DNA of 64,000 bases from Balanoglossus misakiensis (taxonomy: Eukaryota > Animalia > Hemichordata), in contig CM082590.2 in NCBI GenBank assembly GCA_040954595.2, positions 7,130,001-7,194,000 of the forward strand, written 5' to 3'. Numbering within the stretch: position 1 is the first letter of the stretch; each line of letters starts with the position of its first letter. Shown one piece after another: positions 15,401 through 27,500 of the stretch. The notes under the pieces were generated by a model. That model saw nothing but the letters and a program-made list of their open reading frames with translations, had not been told where the DNA came from and did not search any database. A program made the translations under genes and the position numbers.

Positions 15401-18400
15401 CTCTTCCTCGCATATAAACACGTGATGTTCTCCACAATTCACCGGCGCCCATTGATTGAGAGACGCTTCGCTGACGACACACTTGATGCCGTTCATGTCG
15501 GCGTCTACGGGTAAATTTGTAAAGGTGTAGTCTGTCCCGTCGGTCCACACGGTCTCGTCGGGGAACTCGGCGGGAAGTAGTCCCTTGGTCAGACCGATCC
15601 AGACAGGTTGGTCGGGTTCCAGTCTGTTTGGGAGAGGAGAAGAGTTGACGTCATGAAAGTGTTATATATATGTGATCATAAACAACCACATTTAGATGTT
15701 TTTGTACCCATATACTGTCAAGGGGAATGTGTAAGTCTTCGAAATGACCAAGTGGTACTGCTCATCATTCTATGATTCTGTGATTGGCTATACATTGGTA
15801 AAACTTGCACAGGTGACTGTATAGCTTTAATCTCAGGAATATGACACATCTGTGACACTGTGTGCGCTATTTTTTGCAACAAATCCAAACCTTTAAAGGG
15901 AAGGGGTCGTCGCGCCGCGTGGGTGTCCCCCCCTTGATGAGAATATGTGTCCTCCCATACCAGCACAACCCCCACTGCAGTCGCCATGACCTACTACGAT
16001 CTTCAGTTGCTGTCATGCCCAGTCTACGATAAAGGGAAGGGGTCGTCGCGCCGCGTGGGTGTCCCCCTTTGATGAGAATATGTCCTTCCATACCAGCACA
16101 AACCTCATTGCAGTCACCACGACCTACTAGGATCTTCAGTTGCTGTCATGCCCAGTCTATGCTACGGTTGGCTGCTGTGTTCATTCTTATCTAAGAATTA
16201 TCTAATTTCGGGGACTTGTGAATGGATTGTGATGTTTATAAACAAACAAATGCGACGCGACGACCCCTTCAATTTAAATCTGAAGCCTTACTGATCGACA
16301 AAATCCTGTTCCTCAGGTGACGTCACAGACACCAAATCAGCACCGTTCGCCTGACACCGAAGATAAGCATCTAAGAGTGTGACCGGGTGAGCAGAATAGT
16401 AGAAACACTTGTCCAGCAATTGGTTGTACACCCAGCCGCGTGGACACGTCACATTGACCGTTGCTGTGAATAAAACATACCGTATATTTATAATCACTCT
16501 ATCAGTTCAACCACTCCATTAATTCAACCACCCACTATTCTTTGGAAAATTAATTATTTTGTAACCTTCAATTGTTTGACAACTGATTAAATGCATGTGT
16601 TGATATTGTGTATTTTTCATGAAGATATCTGCAACTTAAACCTTCCAAGGTATTCAGAACTCACTGATTTTATTCTGTGTGACCTTAAACAGTTCAATTC
16701 TATCATAAATATCACCTAAACTACATGCTGATAGTGCAATACAGTTCATGGCACGTGTCCCCTGAATAATTATTCAAGCACTTTGAGTGGCCATTTTTTT
16801 GTTGTTATTTTTATTCTATTATTCTTCTCACAAATCATATTTATTTTTTTCTGGTCGAACTGATGGAGTGATTACAGTAATAACAGTAATAATAATTAGG
16901 CGGTTCACATTACTCAAAAAAGGCTAGGCCCTTGTCCTAGCAAGGTACATGTCTCAGCAAAAAACAGGTGTGAACGGGTCTGGCCGACCATTGTCCGGAC
17001 AATTTTGGTCCCAGTCGAATGGGCTGGTTTGTGGTCGACTCTGGTCCCAGCCCGGTGTGTGTGTGGACACGTTTTGTCCGACTCTGGTCCTAGTTGACAC
17101 ATTTTAGATGTGAACCTAGCAAATGTTTATTCGGTAATCGTACATTTATGATGCCAGTACAATCTGAACATCAATATAATCTGAATCTCATGTAATCTGA
17201 ACACTGCTTGTGTAGATGATAATACATGTATTAAAAGTTACATGATCACGTCAAATTTTCACATGTCCATATATGGCTGAAATGGAGTATCTGAGTGTTC
17301 TAAAAAAACATATAGTGGCACTCTTTTTTTTCGCATGTGCCACCCACTGAAAATCTGTGATTTGTTAGATTGCAATTTGCCATGGTAACTGCAGCTAAAT
17401 TTGCATAGGTGACCGTATACCTTTAACATTATTGCCTCTTAGGGAAAATTAACCTTGATTCTGTGAAATATAATGACGTCGTCGAATAAAGTTGAGGCAG
17501 GATATCGATATGATGACGAAAGCAGTAAAAGCTGACATGTTGCACATCATTTAAATGGACTTAATCCTTTCACCCTATTTCCATGTATAATGATCCAATA
17601 TTGCTATTGAAAACAATGGAGTTGGACCAAACCATGGTGGTGACAGGTTTAAGGGACCATTTAGATGTGAGGTTCCCCAAAACTATTGTTTTTAATGTAT
17701 AATTAACTTCAAAGCTTTTTTTGTGGTTTAAAACATGGCTGGGTAGTAGTTGTTGTGGGTGGATGTATATATGAGATTTATGGCTTAGTGGGGGAATGAC
17801 ATTAAGCCTAACAAGCAGAGATACGAATGAATAAATACATGAAAGCCTTAAGCCGAGATGGCGCCACGGTTAGACATATGTTTCAGCAATTAACATACTG
17901 TAAAACACTTTATTTTCGCGAGTTGAATTTTTCGCGATATCGAGAGAGGCCACTGTTTCGTGAGTATTAATTTTCGCGTTCACTTATTTCATTCACTGCA
18001 TCGTTATCTTCCAAAAAAATTTACGCGACTTTTTATTTTCATGCTATTTTGGCTCTCGCGTTTTTCGCGAAAAATTTATTGCTCGCGAAAATAAAGTGTT
18101 TTACAGTACACATTGTGTCCTCTATTCGGTCACTGAACGTCAGAATAACTATGTAATTTAATTTTCCAAATTTCAATTCAATTACATGTACTTACAATAG
18201 TGACATATATAATTTAGATGTAATCCACAATCCAGGTCGTCATAGAGATGAAACGAAGCGGCTGCCATGGCAACGCAGTTTTCAACGTGTCCTGGGTCAT
18301 CTGGCTTGTTGGACATGGTGTCCCAGTTGATGTAGGTAGCAATGTCTCCATTCGACCAGACGTAAATGCCTGGAAGATATACCAGTACAGAGAGAAAATT

Positions 18401-21090
18401 ATCAAGGACGCTCACAGTTGCGTTTAATAATCCTAGGCAACTAGAATTAAATAGAGTAAACCACGCTGTGCAAATATGAGATCTCTACGGTGCCACATGT
18501 ATATACAGCCATGTAGTATGGAGTCACAATGACCATACATGCCACATCTAGATAACCCGTGTGCTATAAATCAATGTTTGTTTCTGGGTTAATTTTTCTT
18601 TGTGGGAGCTGTTAGCTCTCTCACTAGTGTTTTCAATTCTTTTTTGTCTTTAAGTGCTTCAATTTATTTTGTATCAGTGTTTTCTATGGACACCTACAGT
18701 CCGAATTAAAGTGAAAATAAATAAATAAATAAAACGACTATACACTCTTGCAGACTGAAAACGATGTATAACATGAGTGCTGATTGGATAAAAAAGCTGC
18801 CTTGATGACGCGTTCAAAATGTTATACATACCTTCTATAGCTTCGTCAGTCAGACCAACCCAGAAATCGAGACCGGTGTTTTGGATGACATTCCGAACAG
18901 CTAAGAAGTCTTCCTCGCTATGAATAGCGGCCAAGTCCCATTTATCTCCTCTTGATTGACACGACGCCCTGGCATCCTGCCAAGTTCGGTTTTCACTGAT
19001 GGGAACATAACAATCGGTTCCAAGTTCTACCTCTCCTTCTTGACATTTAGGTACTGAAGTTGAAGAAACAAGAACATTTATTTCATTATTTAGTTACTAC
19101 ATTATACATAAATACATACATACTGTAAAACGGGTTATTTTCGTGAGCAATAAATTTTCGCATAATACGCGAGAGGCAAAAAACTGTGAAAATAAAAGTC
19201 GCATACAACTGTTTTCGGAGATAATGATGCAGTAAATGAAACGCGAAAATTAATCCTCGCATGACAGTTGCCTCTGATATCACGAAAATTTCTTGTTGCG
19301 AAAATAACCAGTTTTATAGTACATACATACATACATACATACATACATACATACATACATACATACATTAAACTATTTATTTCATACGAATTGGTAAGTA
19401 AAACAACCTCTTTCTTTTTTGTCTTCTGATTCGTAACAGAAGAAGTCCACTTACTTGGCTGACAGCCAGTACTTCCTGGGTTAAATTCACTTCTCTGTCC
19501 GTCTCCTTGGAAACCATCTGGGCAGTGGCACACAAAGCCACCACTTTCCAAGTCTTCACAATTCGCGTCTTCTACGCACACCAACTCAGCGTATGAACAC
19601 GTCCAGTTCTGCGCATCGGAATCGGTGACGTCGCCTGTATTTCTCCTTGCCCTGTTTATGTCCCGTTTCTTCTTCTTGTGCTGTTTGGCTGCATTGAGAA
19701 ACAATCAGTTGAAATCTTAATTATTCTATAAGTTTGATTAATTTTATATTTACTGAGCTTTGCGTTTTTGTATGTATGTATGTATGTATGTATGTATGTA
19801 TGTATGTATGTATGTATGTACGGTATGTATGTATGTATATGGATGGATGTATGTATGTATGTATGTATGTATGTATGTATGTATGTATGTATGTATGTAT
19901 GTATACAGATGTACCGGTATGTACCGTATGTATTTATGTATGTGTGCATGCATGTTTGTAGCGACCTTTGTACGTACGTACATACGTATGTTTGTACGAA
20001 TGTAATGTAAAATAAATCAGCTTAATAACTGAAATGAAATAGTGTACATTACAAGCCACCTTGCATAACATGTAGACAAAATCAATAGGAAATATTTGTC
20101 CCATTATTTGTTCTGCATTTCAATTAGTAACAGTACTCCCGGTCAGTTATCTATAAAATAATCAGTGATTATTTGGGAAAAGCTTTTATGGTAAATGGCA
20201 AATACGCATAATGTCCTGTGGGATGAAATTCCTGTTTATTTTATACCGGAACAGCAGTTTCCTTCTTAAAAATACAGGAAATGAGACACACTGGGGAGAG
20301 GTTTATTTAGGGATAATGTGAAGGCCGCATAAAGTCTGTGATGTCAGTGCCTGTATACATACAGGGACAGAATGACGCACAGTGCGGAATATTGACGTAA
20401 TTAATTTGAAATTTGTTGGTTTGATAGGCCCTATTGCATAATAATTTATTAAATTGCAATCGTAAATCATTTCTTACTTTCTATTTTAATCAGATTGTTC
20501 TCATGACTTGTACAGTCAAACCTGTGTTAGTGGCCACCTCTATATAGTGGCCACTTTGTTATAGTCCGTGTGCAATTTACATGTACAGTCAAACCTGTGT
20601 TAGTGGTCACCTCTATATAGTGGCCACTTTGTTACAGTCCCTGTGCAATTTACATGTGCATTAATTGACCTGTCTATAAAGGCCAGTTTATGAAAGTCCC
20701 TTGACTGGCCATTATAGACAGGTTTGACTGTAATAACATATTAAGTAAAATCTGATGTCTGGCAACCTTTTCGTTCACTGTAATCAGACCAGCTTGCTGC
20801 AGTGTACTGGTATTTCAGTGTTCTAGCCTGAGAGAGTACCGCAGGAAACTAAATGATAGGATGTTTATAAAGAACAGCTGTTGCTTAATTGAACTAATGC
20901 GATTATCAGAACGGGGAAACAAATTCGCTTTATAGAAAAAATTACTTCAGAACCATTGGTCTGTGCTGACAGTTGCTTGGTCTGAGAATGTATGTATGTA
21001 TGTATGTATGTATGTATGTATGTATGTATGTATGTATGTATGTATGTATGTATGTATGTATGTATGTATGTATGTATGTATGTATGTATG

Positions 21091-21129
<39 letters not shown>

Positions 21130-21158
21130 ATGTATGTATGTATGTATGTATGTATGTA

Positions 21159-21207
<49 letters not shown>

Positions 21208-21254
21208 ATGTATGTATGTATGTATGTATGTATGTATGTATGTATGTATGTATG

Positions 21255-21293
<39 letters not shown>

Positions 21294-21328
21294 ATGTATG
21301 TATGTATGTATGTATGTATGTATGTATG

Positions 21329-21367
<39 letters not shown>

Positions 21368-21486
21368 ATGTATGTATGTATGTATGTATGTATGTATGTA
21401 TGTATGTATGTATGTATGTATGTATGTATGTATGTATGTATGTATGTATGTATGTATGTATGTATGTATGTATGTATGTATGTATG

Positions 21487-21525
<39 letters not shown>

Positions 21526-24500
21526 ATGTATGTATGTATGTATGTATGTATGTATGTATGTATGTATGTATGTACGTACACTTGAAAATGTTAAAATAGG
21601 ACATTCTCATGTGACATTCGACAAAAAATGGATGGCCCATCGTGTTAAAAGACACTAATATTAAAAGTCCGGCGAGATCAAACAATAAGTGGAAAATCCT
21701 CTATTGCTACTGCCATTTTACTTCGTGCTTACATACACGCACATTTTGCTACTTAATATTGCGGACTCTGCCATTTCATCATTGATTTGCGGACAATGAT
21801 TAATTCACGATGGTTTGTTTCGACAGTGGTGGAATGAGATAAACACGGCGACACATGTGTTACCACGAACAAAATAGAATTATGTTTAGTGTTTACTCAA
21901 GACTTCACGAGTGAATACAATTCGATCCGTGGCTGGGGCAGATGCATTCTCCCTTAATAAGCTTTTTCTTGTTCGCGTCGCATGTGGCCAGCTGTGAACT
22001 CAAGCCGTTCTTTTAACCCTTTCACCCCCATTTCCCTGTATAGAGGTCCAAATACTATAGAAACCAATGGGTTTTGGACTGAACCATGGTGATGAAAGGG
22101 TTAATATGACAACCGCGCAGCAAAAACGTCTGGTTTACCAGCCGCGATGACATCATGATTATAAATCCGATTATACTCTTTGTCATAGAATTAAAACATG
22201 CCCACAAACATCTTCAATGTGAGGAAGACAGTTTTTGTCAGTAGCTGATGGAAAAGTACGAACAGCTGTGATTTTATAGCATTTGTGTTTAATCTATGGT
22301 ACGAGCGAACACAAAACGTATGCACTATCCATGGTGCTGTTCTGCTATAGAATTTTGAAAACAAAAAGAAGTAATAACGGTGTTATTCTGGGTGTCTGTA
22401 CTTTTGTCTCTGTCTGCCTGTCAGCAGTCTGTCTGTTTATCTATGTCCACTGTACTGTAAGTCAGCCAGTGCATGGGTGAATGCACTCGTGGATTGTGAA
22501 ACTTAAAGGGACAAAGTCTCTCTCTCGCTGCACCTTTTTCCATAAATTATGTTTGATACAAGACACCGTTTGTGTTATTTGATATATAGATATATAGTGA
22601 ATTAACATTCGACCACATACAACTTCCATTCCGTTTGTAAGATATGGGAGTAAAAATTTCGCCCAAAATGAATAAATGGTAGACACCGATTATTCATTTT
22701 GGCGAGTTTTTCACTCTCGTGTCTACAAGTGGGATGGAAGGTGTGTGTGGTCGAACATTGATTCACTATATATCCACATGTACATTTTACATAAACTGTG
22801 TCTAGTATCAAACATAATTAATGGAAAAAGGGCAGCGAGAGAGAGAGACTTTGTCCCTTTAATGCTTACAAATTGGATGATCTTTCCATTTGCGTTGATT
22901 CAAACAGCTTTTTTTACGAGAGTCAATAAAAATACCGGCGAAGTTTGAAATGGGATAACAAATTTAACAACCGAGGGCAATCATAACCCGAGCTTTTTCC
23001 GCTAAATTATAAACGCACAAACTATATTTTGCTATTACTCTTTGAATATTATCACGACTGTTATGAAGAGATTATTGAAAAATGTCTATTTTGCAATAAA
23101 TGACCACAAGGATTGAATATCTATACACGTCAGTTAAATCGTTGAATCGTTTTAGTTGACATATTAAAAGTGGAAGGATCGTCGATTTTTGCTAGGATTA
23201 TTTTTATTACAGGCTCGGCAGGGGTTTTGGACATGTCAATGATTGATAAGAGAGTCCATGCTACTCAGTTTAAATTTCAAATTTTAGACAATTTTGCTGT
23301 CTTATTCAAAGATTTTCACGGTGACCCAAATTTTTATTCTCAATTTGAAGACAGAAGAGAGGATAATTTAAAGTTACCTTCAGCAAAATATAAGAATAAG
23401 TTAAAGACTTTGATTTTCGAGGCGTATAGTCTTGCCTTAACACTGTAGGCAAAGTCCTGGCTACACATTTTTCACCAACATATGCAAATTACGTATATGT
23501 TTAGTATACGTACATGTCACGCAGATCTACGCACGTATACACTTCTCCTAGAATACCATGTAGTATATGCTTTTATATTCTGGTATACTCAGACAGTGTA
23601 TAATCTAGGTGTATGTTGTACCGTATATTTCATGTGTAGCTTGGTGTATGTTGTACCTTATATTTTTTGTGTAGCGAAACTACATCAATATACACAGTAC
23701 GTACACTAGTATACCACACAACAAACAAAGCTACACGTATATATATTTTCTAACACCATGGCAACCAAGCTGTATCTGTCTTGGAGCAAGGAAAACTCAA
23801 TGGTCACCAGGCAGACATTACCGGATAGATAATAACGAAAAAATAAAGATTGACAGGCTGGTCTGAAATGGATATACGCCTTGCTGCAAAAATCCTGTGA
23901 TTAAGAAAGGAGTGTTTGATACCCTTGCCACTACATTCATCGAATTATTCAAAGTTCAAAAGAGAATATAGAATAAAGGAGAAAAATGAAAGAAAATGTA
24001 ACAAAACCAACGCTACAAAACCACAATTTTATTGTCCCTTTGTACTGAATTCACACGACGTTTTATTAACTTTATCGTTTCCTGGTGTAACAGTTGGTCA
24101 CATCTGAATGCCCGATTCCGCCAGTGACGTATGCACGGCTATAAGCCGATATCATAATATGTTACCAGTCACCAAGGTCATTGTGTGTGAATAGATTCAA
24201 CTCACAAAATGATTTATCCGACATTCACCGTAACTCAAAAAAAAACCAGACTACTAAAAGGAAAATCAATGTCAAAGAGAAAAGAACCGATTTCGTTTGT
24301 CGCGCTATTATGCGTTCATTGTATTAATTTACATGTTTGACCTAATGTCAGGTGTATTAAGACTTGGCGTTTGGACATTATTTAGAGATTATTTCAACAT
24401 TATTTTTGTCGTTTTTTTTCTAGATATTCCAATTTCATGACATCCATGCCAAAATTAAGAAAGTTTTGCTAAGCTCATCGCGAGCTATGAGTGTAGACTT

Positions 24501-27500
24501 GATGGTTTCTCGCGTCTGCATTGCCGAACATCAAGAATGAATTTTCAAATAAATCAACATTTTAAACTTTTTCCTTTATAACATGGGCTGCCGCAAGGGA
24601 AAAGGGCCCTTATGCATGGATTTTTCGATTTTTATTTTTTGTCATTTTTTGATAGTACCTGTGCTCCTCTTTTCATATGTGTGCCGCTCACTATGAACTT
24701 ACACCTGGAAATGGCATTTGTGGCCCATTGAATGCGACATATGACCTTTGACCTCAGCCCACAAATAAAATTCACTGTTTTTGTCACCTATTCAAATGCA
24801 AATTACTAAAAATGACGTACACTTGCATAAGGGCCCTTTTCCCTTGCGGCGGCCCACATGTCACCATGGATACAGAGCCACAAATGTTGGAAATCACATG
24901 CCTGGTTTGATAAGCGACTAATCACCAAAAATCAGCACAATGACCATGGATGTAGTCCCAGGAGAACCATGGTCGGCCAATGCCCACAAACTAGGCCGAA
25001 GAGATAAAATTGGTCTACGTTCGCCTCTGGGCAAAATTGCGGTTGTGCTTGATTTTAAGTTTTTTGGGATTGGTCACATTTAAAGGTATAAAGTCACATC
25101 TAATTTGCATATGTCCTTATATGGCTAAATGGTGTGAGTGTTATAAAAACATGTGGTGCTCTTGAAAAGTATGTGCCATCAACATTTGGGTAGGTGACTG
25201 TATACCTTTAACCATAACAAGATAAAATATACCAGGCAATCAGAAGTATTGTTGGTTTATTCCTGTATTCGGCACAACCAGTTAGACTTTCAATCGTTAA
25301 ATAATTTTAGTTGGGTTAAGTCGTGTGGGTCATAGTTTTAGTCATTTGTGTGGGCAACATCATTGGCAGTGTATATCTCGTCAACATTTACTACTTACAC
25401 CAACTGGATCCAGTATTCTATGGTGATTAGTTTCGCGTTTAATCTCCTCATCAAAATACGTTCTCGGTCAGGTATCTTATTTCTGAAATTTGATAGGAAT
25501 AATTCTAGCCATGACCTTAAGTGTTTTAACTTGTTTCCACATCTCCTTGAAAGTGGACAGGTTGATTAGTTTCGCATTTAATCTCCTCATCAAAATATGT
25601 TCTCGGTCAGGTATCTTATTTCTGAAATTTGATAGAATTAATTCTAGCCATGACCTTATATGTTTTAACTTGTTTCCACATCTCCTTGAGTGTGGACAGG
25701 CTTCATCCGGATTACATGGGGTTTTATCGTTCTCGAAACCGAAATGGGAGGGGTTGTTTTGGACTCGAAGTGGACAGCTGTTCGAAAATGGCTCTAATCC
25801 GGCCGTTCTCGTGTTACGACCTCGTCCTCCTTCGCTACGTCATCGTGGTCACAAATTTTATCGTCGTCGTCAAAATGCTGACACGTCGTCGTTCATGTTG
25901 TAGCATCCCTCAACATCAAATTCGTTACGAAAGGCCTGATGTCATCTTTGTCATAAATTGTATTGTCAACTTCAAAATGCTGACACGTCGATTATGCTGT
26001 CGTACACACTCACTATCCTTAATATCAAATCATCAAAGTTGTTACGAATGGCCTGACGTCATGATGTTCATAACAATTACAGACATCGTTGAAATGCTGA
26101 AATTTGGAATTTCAAATTTGAGACAATTTTGCACTGTCATTGAAAATTTTGCACGCTAACACCCAATTTTTCTCAATTATACAATACAAGTTGTTGAGCA
26201 ATATCACGGAAAGGTTTAACACTTTGATTTTCATACTACCTTAAAACTATATGTATTTTTATCCAATTCACATTGCATACCTATTAATTGCTTAGGTGTT
26301 TCTGCTTTTTTACTCTTTAGTTTATATGTGGCGTAGTTCATAAACCGCTTCTCTGATTGGCTAAGCGACCGACTCTGCCTGTCGTCTGCTTCCCAAAATC
26401 TTTTCATGTCACAAAAAGTGACATACATCCTTCTGTTGGGATTCAAATCACGTACATGTTTATAATTCCAAGCACATAGTCATTGGACACGATACGATTT
26501 CACTTTCCATTAATGCCAGCCCATGTCATACAATCGTTTGCAAATATAACAGATCGTCAAAGTATACGGTAGTCATCACAACTGAAAGGGGGTGCCCTGT
26601 TAAGCCGAGATTTCACATCTGATGTTTCATACAATAGTTAATCCTATTCGTTTAATTTGATTTAACAGCGGGTCTTTACAATGTCCTGCGCAGAGCTGTG
26701 TGATGAGTTCGGCTTATTGCGCAACATCCCGCGACGCTTGCATCTATAGGCATTTCGTCATCACTTCTTATTTTGTACTCCGTCCACATCCGAGTGTTTT
26801 ATTTTTTTTGTATATCTTTCACCGAATGTCTTTTTGGAAACTGTTGGAACGATGAGAATCTGAAATCTGATAGCCGAGTTTTGGTTTTGCGATGTACTGA
26901 TGTAAAAACGCAGACTACTAATGCCTAAATTATTGACACAAACTGTCAAAATCATTGTCAAAATAACCGACGTCTGCCTTTCATTCTCCCCTATAATTTC
27001 ACGTTTCTCGACATAATGGTTATTCAAGTAGATAGATTAAGTATTTAGCAATAATGGTACAATGAAACACTGTGCATTGAATATCATCAATTAAGTCTGA
27101 TTAATGAGTATAATGTAATATGTTCCGTAGCAATCCATTCACAATTGAATATTAAGCTTATGGATAACAAAAAGTAGAGTACACTACCCTCGCATATAAT
27201 TGATTTGTTTTAATTCGTCATTTCAACCAAACGCTCATTTATTTTTTTCTTTCAGATGTCAGAGTCAACAGCTGTGAATATCCATTGCAGCAATGAAAAA
27301 TTAGTGAAATAGGCTTTTCCAACAATACACTTTCCAACCAAGAAATTTGCCACAAAATAGAAGGACTTGTAAGCTACCTTTTTGAGAAATACAAAAAGTT
27401 CTTAATGGGCAAAATTCAAAATATAAGAGTGGATGTTAATCATTATATTAAAGGGAAGGGGTCGTCGCGCTGCATGGGTGTCCCCCTTTGATGAGAATAT

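Noticed and set aside
23170-23448. 92-aa plus-strand ORF ending [14 protein letters not shown]
   Set aside because: No recognisable domain or splice context; at most a decayed LINE end.
27256-27448. Plus-strand acceptor-like site followed by coding-looking sequence
   Set aside because: Stops in all three frames soon after the AG and no partner exons were found.
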